Source of the DNA: the human T2T-CHM13v2.0 reference genome, Homo sapiens
Length of the DNA: 64,000 bases
Strand: one strand, 5' to 3'
NCBI RefSeq assembly: GCF_009914755.1
Contig: NC_060934.1
A program made the translations under genes and the position numbers. The notes under the pieces are model-generated. The model was not told where the DNA came from and did not search any database. It saw only the letters and a list, made by a program, of their open reading frames with translations. This document shows, one piece after another, positions 1-10,861 of the stretch; the first letter of the stretch is position 1; each line of letters opens with the position of its first letter.

Positions 1-300
1 AAGAATTCTCAGTCACTTCTTTGTGTTGTGTGTATTCAAGTCACAGAGTTGAACCTTCCTTTAGACAGAGCAGTTTTGAAAAATTCTTTCTGTGGAGTTT
101 GCAAGTGGAGATTTCAAGCGATTTGAGGCTAATCTTTGAAATGGAAATATCTTCGTGTAAAAACTACACAGAATCATTCTCAGAAACTGCTTTGTCATCT
201 GTGCGTTCAGTTCACAGAGTTTCACCTTTCTCTTCATAGAGCAGTTTGGAAAGACTCTGTCTGTAAAGTCTGCAAGTGATTAGTTAGACCCCTTTGAGGC

Positions 301-317
301 CTTCGTTGGAAGCGGGA
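301..317 (+). other. CENP-B box (CTTCGTTGGAAGCGGGA); first of about 188, one per dimer
   Basis: Exact match to the 17-bp CENP-B box YTTCGTTGGAARCGGGA. Confidence 0.98.
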
Positions 318-639
318 TTTCTCATTTACTGCTAGACAGAAGAATTCTCAGTAAATCCTTTGTGTTGTGTGTATTCAACTCACAGAGTGGAACCTTCCTT
401 TATTCAGAGCAGTTTTGAAAAACACTTTTTGTGGAATTTGCAAGTGGAGATTTCAAGCGATTTGACGCCAATCTTAGACATGGAAATATCTTCATATTAA
501 AAGTACACAGAGTCATTCGTAGAAACTAGTTTGTGATGTGTGCCTTCAACTCACAGAGTTTAACCTTTCTTTTCATAGAGCAGTTTGGAAACACTCTATT
601 TGTAAAGTCTGCAAGTGGATATTTGGACCTCTTTGAGGC

Positions 640-656
640 CTTCGTTGGAAACGGGA
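640..656 (+). other. CENP-B box (CTTCGTTGGAAACGGGA)
   Basis: Exact match to the CENP-B box consensus, 339 bp after the previous box. Confidence 0.98.
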
Positions 657-808
657 TTTCTTCATACAACGCTAGACAGAAGAATTCTCAGTAACTTCTT
701 TGTGTTGTGTGTATTCAACTCACAGAGTTGAACCTTTCTTTAGAGAGAGCAGAGTTGAAACACTCTGTTTTTGGAATTTGCAACTGCAGATTTCAAGCGA
801 TTCTTGGC

Positions 809-825
809 CTATGGCAGAAAAGGAA
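809..825 (+). other. A-box / pJalpha-like site of an A-type monomer (ctatggcagaaaaggaa)
   Basis: Sits at the position equivalent to the CENP-B box in the alternate monomer and resembles the pJalpha motif (CTAYGGTGRAAAAGGAA) with mismatches. The other A monomers are more degenerate at this position. Confidence 0.6.
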
Positions 826-979
826 ATATCTTCGTATAAAAACTACACAGAATCATTCTCAACAACTACTTTGTGATGTGTGCGTTCAACTCACAGAGTT
901 TAACCTTTCTTTTCATAGAGCAGTTTGGAAACACTCTGTTTGTAAAGCCTGCAAGTGCTTTTTCGGACTTCATTGAGGC

Positions 980-996
980 CTTCGTTGGAAACGGGA
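980..996 (+). other. CENP-B box (CTTCGTTGGAAACGGGA)
   Basis: Exact match to the consensus, 340 bp after the previous box; the pattern continues through the window. Confidence 0.98.
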
Positions 997-2038
997 TTTC
1001 TTCATGTAATGCTAGACAGAAGAATTCTCAGTCACTTCTTTGTGTTGTGTGTATTCAAGTCACAGAGTTGAACCTTCCTTTAGACAGAGCAGTTTTGAAA
1101 AATTCTTTCTGTGGAGTTTGCAAGTGGAGATTTCAAGCGATTTGAGGCTAATCTTTGAAATGGAAATATCTTCGTGTAAAAACTACACAGAATCATTCTC
1201 AGAAACTGCTTTGTCATCTGTGCGTTCAGTTCACAGAGTTTCACCTTTCTCTTCATAGAGCAGTTTGGAAAGACTCTGTCTGTAAAGTCTGCAAGTGATT
1301 AGTTAGACCCCTTTGAGGCCTTCGTTGGAAGCGGGATTTCTCATTTACTGCTAGACAGAAGAATTCTCAGTAAATCCTTTGTGTTGTGTGTATTCAACTC
1401 ACAGAGTGGAACCTTCCTTTATTCAGAGCAGTTTTGAAAAACACTTTTTGTGGAATTTGCAAGTGGAGATTTCAAGCGATTTGACGCCAATCTTAGACAT
1501 GGAAATATCTTCATATTAAAAGTACACAGAGTCATTCGTAGAAACTAGTTTGTGATGTGTGCCTTCAACTCACAGAGTTTAACCTTTCTTTTCATAGAGC
1601 AGTTTGGAAACACTCTATTTGTAAAGTCTGCAAGTGGATATTTGGACCTCTTTGAGGCCTTCGTTGGAAACGGGATTTCTTCATACAACGCTAGACAGAA
1701 GAATTCTCAGTAACTTCTTTGTGTTGTGTGTATTCAACTCACAGAGTTGAACCTTTCTTTAGAGAGAGCAGAGTTGAAACACTCTGTTTTTGGAATTTGC
1801 AACTGCAGATTTCAAGCGATTCTTGGCCTATGGCAGAAAAGGAAATATCTTCGTATAAAAACTACACAGAATCATTCTCAACAACTACTTTGTGATGTGT
1901 GCGTTCAACTCACAGAGATTAACCTTTCTTTTCATAGAGCAGTTTGGAAACACTCTGTTTGTAAAGCCTGCAAGTGCTTTTTTGGACTTCATTGAGGCCT
2001 TCGTTGGAAACGGGATTTCTTCATGTAATGCTAGACAG

Positions 2039-3395
2039 AAGAATTCTCAGTCACTTCTTTGTGTTGTGTGTATTCAAGTCACAGAGTTGAACCTTCCTTT
2101 AGACAGAGCAGTTTTGAAAAATTCTTTCTGTGGAGTTTGCAAGTGGAGATTTCAAGCGATTTGAGGCTAATCTTTGAAATGGAAATATCTTCGTGTAAAA
2201 ACTACACAGAATCATTCTCAGAAACTGCTTTGTCATCTGTGCGTTCAGTTCACAGAGTTTCACCTTTCTCTTCATAGAGCAGTTTGGAAAGACTCTGTCT
2301 GTAAAGTCTGCAAGTGATTAGTTAGACCCCTTTGAGGCCTTCGTTGGAAGCGGGATTTCTCATTTACTGCTAGACAGAAGAATTCTCAGTAAATCCTTTG
2401 TGTTGTGTGTATTCAACTCACAGAGTGGAACCTTCCTTTATTCAGAGCAGTTTTGAAACACTCTTTTTGTGGAATTTGCAAGTGGAGATTTCAAGCGATT
2501 TGACGCCAATCTTAGACATGGAAATATCTTCATATTAAAAGTACACAGAGTCATTCGTAGAAACTAGTTTGTGATGTGTGCCTTCAACTCACAGAGTTTA
2601 ACCTTTCTTTTCATAGAGCAGTTTGGAAACACTCTATTTGTAAAGTCTGCAAGTGGATATTTGGACCTCTTTGAGGCCTTCGTTGGAAACGGGATTTCTT
2701 CATATAACGCTAGACAGAAGAATTCTCAGTAACTTCTTTGTGTTGTGTGTATTCAACTCACAGAGTTGAACCTTTCTTTAGAGGGAGCAGAGGTGAAACA
2801 CTCTTTTTGTGGAATTTGCTAGTGTAGATTTCAAACGCTTCGAAGACAGTGATAGAAAAGGATGTATCTTCGTATTAAAAGTAGACAAAATCATTCTCAG
2901 AAAACTCTTTGTGATGTGTGTGTTCAACTCACAGAGTTTAACCTTTCTTTAATCGAGCAGTTTGGAAATACACTCTTTGTAAGTCTGCAGGTGGATATTT
3001 GGCCCTCTTTGAGCCCTTCGTTGGAAACGGGATTTCCTCATATAATGCTAGACAGAAGAATTCTCAGTAACTTCTTTGTGTTGTTTGTATTCAACACACA
3101 GATTTGAACCTTCCTTTAGAGAGAGCAGATTTGAAACACTCTGTTTTTGGAATTTGCAAGTGCAGATTTCAAGCGCTTCTAGGCCTATGGCAGAAAAGGA
3201 AATATCTTCGTATAAAAACTACACAGAATCATTCTCAACAACTACTTTGTGATGTGTGCGTTCAACTCACAGAGTTTAACCTTTCTTTTCATAGAGCAGT
3301 TTGGAAACACTCTGTTTGTAAAGCCTGCAAGTGCTTTTTTGGACTTCATTGAGGCCTTCGTTGGAAACGGGATTTCTTCATATAATGCTAGACAG
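2039..3395 (+). repeat. 8-mer HOR (1357 bp; representative of 23 eight-mers)
   Basis: Marker spacing 2059 to 3416 = 1357 bp, four EcoRI dimers. It contains the extra segment gagggagcagaggtg...gctagtgtag...cttcgaagacagtgatag...ttaatcgagc...ctgcaggtgg that 6-mers lack. Confidence 0.97.
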
Positions 3396-4414
3396 AAGAA
3401 TTCTCAGTCACTTCTTTGTGTTGTGTGTATTCAAGTCACAGAGTTGAACCTTCCTTTAGACAGAGCAGTTTTGAAAAATTCTTTCTGTGGAGTTTGCAAG
3501 TGGAGATTTCAAGCGATTTGAGGCTAATCTTTGAAATGGAAATATCTTCGTGTAAAAACTACACAGAATCATTCTCAGAAACTGCTTTGTCATCTGTGCG
3601 TTCAGTTCACAGAGTTTCACCTTTCTCTTCATAGAGCAGTTTGGAAAGACTCTGTCTGTAAAGTCTGCAAGTGATTAGTTAGACCCCTTTGAGGCCTTCG
3701 TTGGAAGCGGGATTTCTCATTTACTGCTAGACAGAAGAATTCTCAGTAAATCCTTTGTGTTGTGTGTATTCAACTCACAGAGTGGAACCTTCCTTTATTC
3801 AGAGCAGTTTTGAAAAACTCTTTTTGTGGAATTTGCAAGTGGAGATTTCAAGCGATTTGACGCCAATCTTAGACATGGAAATGTCTTCATATTAAAAGTA
3901 CACAGAGTCATTCGTAGAAACTAGTTTGTGATGTGTGCCTTCAACTCACAGAGTTTAACCTTTCTTTTCATAGAGCAGTTGGGAAACACTCTATTTGTAA
4001 AGTCTGCAAGTGGATATTTGGACCTCTTTGAGGCCTTCGTTGGAAACGGGATTTCTTCATACAACGCTAGAGAGAAGAATTCTCAGTAACTTCTTTGTGT
4101 TGTGTGTATTCAACTCACAGAGTTGAACCTTTCTTTAGAGAGAGCAGAGTTGAAACACTCTGTTTTTGGAATTTGCAAGTGCAGATTTCAAGCGCTTCTA
4201 GGCCTATGGCAGAAAAGGAAATATCTTCGTATAAAAACTACACAGAATCATTCTCAACAACTACTTTGTGATGTGTGCGTTCAACTCACAGAGTTTAACC
4301 TTTCTTTTCATAGAGCAGTTTGGAAACACTCTGTTTGTAAAGCCTGCAAGTGCTTTTTTGGACTTCATTGAGGCCTTCGTTGGAAACGGGATTTCTTCAT
4401 GTAATGCTAGACAG
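3396..4414 (+). repeat. 6-mer HOR variant, subtype b (1019 bp)
   Basis: Same length and junction as subtype a but different markers: gaaaaactcttttt, ggaaatgtctt, gcagttgggaaa, ctagagagaag, caagtgcag, gcgcttctagg. Recurs at 14257, 21385, 32246, 38017 and 40389, and without the gagag allele at 46160 and 53616. Confidence 0.92.
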
Positions 4415-7400
4415 AAGAATTCTCAGTCACTTCTTTGTGTTGTGTGTATTCAAGTCACAGAGTTGAACCTTCCTTTAGACAGAGCAGTTTTGAAAAATTC
4501 TTTCTGTGGAATTTGCAAGTGGAGATTTCAAGCGATTTGAGGCTAATCTTTGAAATGGAAATATCTTCGTGTAAAAACTACACAGAATCATTCTCAGAAA
4601 CTGCTTTGTCATCTGTGCGTTCAGTTCACAGAGTTTCACCTTTCTCTTCATAGAGCAGTTTGGAAAGACTCTGTCTGTAAAGTCTGCAAGTGATTAGTTA
4701 GACCCCTTTGAGGCCTTCGTTGGAAGCGGGATTTCTCATTTACTGCTAGACAGAAGAATTCTCAGTAAATCCTTTGTGTTGTGTGTATTCAACTCACAGA
4801 GTGGAACCTTCCTTTATTCAGAGCAGTTTTGAAACACTCTTTTTGTGGAATTTGCAAGTGGAGATTTCAAGCGATTTGACGCCAATCTTAGACATGGAAA
4901 TATCTTCATATTAAAAGTACACAGAGTCATTCGTAGAAACTAGTTTGTGATGTGTGCCTTCAACTCACAGAGTTTAACCTTTCTTTTCATAGAGCAGTTG
5001 GGAAACACTCTATTTGTAAAGTCTGCAAGTGGATATTTGGACCTCTTTGAGGCCTTCGTTGGAAACGGGATTTCTTCATATAACGCTAGACAGAAGAATT
5101 CTCAGTAACTTCTTTGTGTTGTGTGTATTCAACTCACAGAGTTGAACCTTTCTTTAGAGGGAGCAGAGGTGAAACACTCTTTTTGTGGAATTTGCTAGTG
5201 TAGATTTCAAACGCTTCGAAGACAGTGATAGAAAAGGATATATCTTCGTATTAAAAGTAGACAAAATCATTCTCAGAAAACTCTTTGTGATGTGTGTGTT
5301 CAACTCACAGAGTTTAACCTTTCTTTAATCGAGCAGTTTGGAAATACACTCTTTGTAAGTCTGCAGGTGGATATTTGGCCCTCTTTGAGCCCTTCGTTGG
5401 AAACGGGATTTCCTCATATAATGCTAGACAGAAGAATTCTCAGTAACTTCTTTGTGTTGTTTGTATTCAACACACAGATTTGAACCTTCCTTTAGAGAGA
5501 GCAGATTTGAAACACTCTGTTTTTGGAATTTGCAAGTGCAGATTTCAAGCGCTTCTAGGCCTATGGCAGAAAAGGAAATATCTTCGTATAAAAACTACAC
5601 AGAATCATTCTCAACAACTACTTTGTGATGTGTGCGTTCAACTCACAGAGTTTAACCTTTCTTTTCATAGAGCAGTTTGGAAACACTCTGTTTGTAAAGC
5701 CTGCAAGTGCTTTTTTGGACTTCATTGAGGCCTTCGTTGGAAACGGGATTTCTTCATGTAATGCTAGACAGAAGAATTCTCAGTCACTTCTTTGTGTTGT
5801 GTGTATTCAAGTCACAGAGTTGAACCTTCCTTTAGACAGAGCAGTTTTGAAAAATTCTTTCTGTGGAATTTGCAAGTGGAGATTTCAAGCGATTTGAGGC
5901 TAATCTTTGAAATGGAAATATCTTCGTGTAAAAACTACACAGAATCATTCTCAGAAACTGCTTTGTCATCTGTGCGTTCAGTTCACAGAGTTTCACCTTT
6001 CTCTTCATAGAGCAGTTTGGAAAGACTCTGTCTGTAAAGTCTGCAAGTGATTAGTTAGACCCCTTTGAGGCCTTCGTTGGAAGCGGGATTTCTCATTTAC
6101 TGCTAGACAGAAGAATTCTCAGTAAATCCTTTGTGTTGTGTGTATTCAACTCACAGAGTGGAACCTTCCTTTATTCAGAGCAGTTTTGAAACACTCTTTT
6201 TGTGGAATTTGCAAGTGGAGATTTCAAGCGATTTGACGCCAATCTTAGACATGGAAATATCTTCATATTAAAAGTACACAGAGTCATTCGTAGAAACTAG
6301 TTTGTGATGTGTGCCTTCAACTCACAGAGTTTAACCTTTCTTTTCATAGAGCAGTTTGGAAACACTCTATTTGTAAAGTCTGCAAGTGGATATTTGGACC
6401 TCTTTGAGGCCTTCGTTGGAAACGGGATTTCTTCATATAACGCTAGACAGAAGAATTCTCAGTAACTTCTTTGTGTTGTGTGTATTCAACTCACAGAGTT
6501 GAACCTTTCTTTAGAGGGAGCAGAGGTGAAACACTCTTTTTGTGGAATTTGCTAGTGTAGATTTCAAACGCTTCGAAGACAGTGATAGAAAAGGATATAT
6601 CTTCGTATTAAAAGTAGACAAAATCATTCTCAGAAAACTCTTTGTGATGTGTGTGTTCAACTCACAGAGTTTAACCTTTCTTTAATCGAGCAGTTTGGAA
6701 ATACACTCTTTGTAAGTCTGCAGGTGGATATTTGGCCCTCTTTGAGCCCTTCGTTGGAAACGGGATTTCCTCATATAATGCTAGACAGAAGAATTCTCAG
6801 TAACTTCTTTGTGTTGTTTGTATTCAACACACAGATTTGAACCTTCCTTTAGAGAGAGCAGATTTGAAGCACTCTGTTTTTGGAATTTGCAAGTGCAGAT
6901 TTCAAGCGCTTCTAGGCCTATGGCAGAAAAGGAAATATCTTCGTATAAAAACTACACAGAATCATTCTCAACAACTACTTTGTGATGTGTGCGTTCAACT
7001 CACAGAGTTTAACCTTTCTTTTCATAGAGCAGTTTGGAAACACTCTGTTTGTAAAGCCTGCAAGTGCTTTTTTGGACTTCATTGAGGCCTTCGTTGGAAA
7101 CGGGATTTCTTCATATAATGCTAGACAGAAGAATTCTCAGTCACTTCTTTGTGTTGTGTGTATTCAAGTCACAGAGTTGAACCTTCCTTTAGACAGAGCA
7201 GTTTTGAAAAATTCTTTCTGTGGAGTTTGCAAGTGGAGATTTCAAGCGATTTGAGGCTAATCTTTGAAATGGAAATATCTTCGTGTAAAAACTACACAGA
7301 ATCATTCTCAGAAACTGCTTTGTCATCTGTGCGTTCAGTTCACAGAGTTTCACCTTTCTCTTCATAGAGCAGTTTGGAAAGACTCTGTCTGTAAAGTCTG

Positions 7401-10400
7401 CAAGTGATTAGTTAGACCCCTTTGAGGCCTTCGTTGGAAGCGGGATTTCTCATTTACTGCTAGACAGAAGAATTCTCAGTAAATCCTTTGTGTTGTGTGT
7501 ATTCAACTCACAGAGTGGAACCTTCCTTTATTCAGAGCAGTTTTGAAAAACACTTTTTGTGGAATTTGCAAGTGGAGATTTCAAGCGATTTGACGCCAAT
7601 CTTAGACATGGAAATATCTTCATATTAAAAGTACACAGAGTCATTCGTAGAAACTAGTTTGTGATGTGTGCCTTCAACTCACAGAGTTTAACCTTTCTTT
7701 TCATAGAGCAGTTTGGAAACACTCTATTTGTAAAGTCTGCAAGTGGATATTTGGACCTCTTTGAGGCCTTCGTTGGAAACGGGATTTCTTCATACAACGC
7801 TAGACAGAAGAATTCTCAGTAACTTCTTTGTGTTGTGTGTATTCAACTCACAGAGTTGAACCTTTCTTTAGAGAGAGCAGAGTTGAAACACTCTGTTTTT
7901 GGAATTTGCAACTGCAGATTTCAAGCGATTCTTGGCCTATGGCAGAAAAGGAAATATCTTCGTATAAAAACTACACAGAATCATTCTCAACAACTACTTT
8001 GTGATGTGTGCGTTCAACTCACAGAGATTAACCTTTCTTTTCATAGAGCAGTTTGGAAACACTCTGTTTGTAAAGCCTGCAAGTGCTTTTTTGGACTTCA
8101 TTGAGGCCTTCGTTGGAAACGGGATTTCTTCATGTAATGCTAGACAGAAGAATTCTCAGTCACTTCTTTGTGTTGTGTGTATTCAAGTCACAGAGTTGAA
8201 CCTTCCTTTAGACAGAGCAGTTTTGAAAAATTCTTTCTGTGGAGTTTGCAAGTGGAGATTTCAAGCGATTTGAGGCTAATCTTTGAAATGGAAATATCTT
8301 CGTGTAAAAACTACACAGAATCATTCTCAGAAACTGCTTTGTCATCTGTGCGTTCAGTTCACAGAGTTTCACCTTTCTCTTCATAGAGCAGTTTGGAAAG
8401 ACTCTGTCTGTAAAGTCTGCAAGTGATTAGTTAGACCCCTTTGAGGCCTTCGTTGGAAGCGGGATTTCTCATTTACTGCTAGACAGAAGAATTCTCAGTA
8501 AATCCTTTGTGTTGTGTGTATTCAACTCACAGAGTGGAACCTTCCTTTATTCAGAGCAGTTTTGAAACACTCTTTTTGTGGAATTTGCAAGTGGAGATTT
8601 CAAGCGATTTGACGCCAATCTTAGACATGGAAATATCTTCATATTAAAAGTACACAGAGTCATTCGTAGAAAGTAGTTTGTGATGTGTGCCTTCAACTCA
8701 CAGAGTTTAACCTTTCTTTTCATAGAGCAGTTGGGAAACACTCTATTTGTAAAGTCTGCAAGTGGATATTTGGACCTCTTTGAGGCCTTCGTTGGAAACG
8801 GGATTTCTTCATATAACGCTAGACAGAAGAATTCTCAGTAACTTCTTTGTGTTGTGTGTATTCAACTCACAGAGTTGAACCTTTCTTTAGAGGGAGCAGA
8901 GGTGAAACACTCTTTTTGTGGAATTTGCTAGTGTAGATTTCAAACGCTTCGAAGACAGTGATAGAAAAGGATATATCTTCGTATTAAAAGTAGACAAAAT
9001 CATTCTCAGAAAACTCTTTGTGATGTGTGTGTTCAACTCACAGAGTTTAACCTTTCTTTAATCGAGCAGTTTGGAAATACACTCTTTGTAAGTCTGCAGG
9101 TGGATATTTGGCCCTCTTTGAGCCCTTCGTTGGAAACGGGATTTCCTCATATAATGCTAGACAGAAGAATTCTCAGTAACTTCTTTGTGTTGTTTGTATT
9201 CAACACACAGATTTGAACCTTCCTTTAGAGAGAGCAGATTTGAAACACTCTGTTTTTGGAATTTGCAAGTGCAGATTTCAAGCGCTTCTAGGCCTATGGC
9301 AGAAAAGGAAATATCTTCGTATAAAAACTACACAGAATCATTCTCAACAACTACTTTGTGATGTGTGCGTTCAACTCACAGAGTTTAACCTTTCTTTTCA
9401 TAGAGCAGTTTGGAAACACTCTGTTTGTAAAGCCTGCAAGTGCTTTTTTGGACTTCATTGAGGCCTTCGTTGGAAACGGGATTTCTTCATATAATGCTAG
9501 ACAGAAGAATTCTCAGTCACTTCTTTGTGTTGTGTGTATTCAAGTCACAGAGTTGAACCTTCCTTTAGACAGAGCAGTTTTGAAAAATTCTTTCTGTGGA
9601 GTTTGCAAGTGGAGATTTCAAGCGATTTGAGGCTAATCTTTGAAATGGAAATATCTTCGTGTAAAAACTACACAGAATCATTCTCAGAAACTGCTTTGTC
9701 ATCTGTGCGTTCAGTTCACAGAGTTTCACCTTTCTCTTCATAGAGCAGTTTGGAAAGACTCTGTCTGTAAAGTCTGCAAGTGATTAGTTAGACCCCTTTG
9801 AGGCCTTCGTTGGAAGCGGGATTTCTCATTTACTGCTAGACAGAAGAATTCTCAGTAAATCCTTTGTGTTGTGTGTATTCAACTCACAGAGTGGAACCTT
9901 CCTTTATTCAGAGCAGTTTTGAAACACTCTTTTTGTGGAATTTGCAAGTGGAGATTTCAAGCGATTTGACGCCAATCTTAGACATGGAAATATCTTCATA
10001 TTAAAAGTACACAGAGTCATTCGTAGAAACTAGTTTGTGATGTGTGCCTTCAACTCACAGAGTTTAACCTTTCTTTTCATAGAGCAGTTGGGAAACACTC
10101 TATTTGTAAAGTCTGCAAGTGGATATTTGGACCTCTTTGAGGCCTTCGTTGGAAACGGGATTTCTTCATATAACGCTAGACAGAAGAATTCTCAGTAACT
10201 TCTTTGTGTTGTGTGTATTCAACTCACAGAGTTGAACCTTTCTTTAGAGGGAGCAGAGGTGAAACACTCTTTTTGTGGAATTTGCTAGTGTAGATTTCAA
10301 ACGCTTCGAAGACAGTGATAGAAAAGGATATATCTTCGTATTAAAAGTAGACAAAATCATTCTCAGAAAACTCTTTGTGATGTGTGTGTTCAACTCACAG

Positions 10401-10861
10401 AGTTTAACCTTTCTTTAATCGAGCAGTTTGGAAATACACTCTTTGTAAGTCTGCAGGTGGATATTTGGCCCTCTTTGAGCCCTTCGTTGGAAACGGGATT
10501 TCCTCATATAATGCTAGACAGAAGAATTCTCAGTAACTTCTTTGTGTTGTTTGTATTCAACACACAGATTTGAACCTTCCTTTAGAGAGAGCAGATTTGA
10601 AGCACTCTGTTTTTGGAATTTGCAAGTGCAGATTTCAAGCGCTTCTAGGCCTATGGCAGAAAAGGAAATATCTTCGTATAAAAACTACACAGAATCATTC
10701 TCAACAACTACTTTGTGATGTGTGCGTTCAACTCACAGAGTTTAACCTTTCTTTTCATAGAGCAGTTTGGAAACACTCTGTTTGTAAAGCCTGCAAGTGC
10801 TTTTTTGGACTTCATTGAGGCCTTCGTTGGAAACGGGATTTCTTCATATAATGCTAGACAG

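Larger units (their letters stand above)
1..1019 (+). repeat. 6-mer HOR variant, subtype a (1019 bp; representative of 27 six-mers)
   Basis: The marker dimer recurs after 1019 bp (72-aa ORF starts 21, 1040, 2059) and the unit holds three EcoRI dimers. Subtype markers: gaaaaacacttttt, catacaacg, caactgcag, gattcttggcc. Confidence 0.97.
1..10861 (+). repeat. Super-HOR block A: 6-6-8-6-8-8-6-8-8 (64 monomers, 10,861 bp)
   Basis: 4x1019 + 5x1357 = 10,861. The rare SNV tttcggac at 964 recurs at 11825. Confidence 0.92.

Noticed and set aside
520-532. Short palindromes/dyads such as aaactagttt
   Set aside because: Too short to argue for stable cruciforms by eye; a folding or dyad-density calculation would be needed.
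1-1019. Assignment to the SF1 6-mer arrays D7Z1 or D1Z7/D5Z2/D19Z3 based on the 1019 bp unit
   Set aside because: The 6-mer here contains a hybrid monomer derived from the co-occurring 8-mer, so the basic HOR is the 8-mer.
2862-3107. ATG-initiated 81 aa ORF in seven 8-mers
   Set aside because: Created by a single A>G SNV (ggatatatc to ggatgtatc); no evidence for expression.
8547-8741. Minus-strand 64 aa ORF present in only three copies (also 15675, 26536)
   Set aside because: It exists only because one SNV (C>G at 8673) removes a minus-strand TAG; chance open frame.
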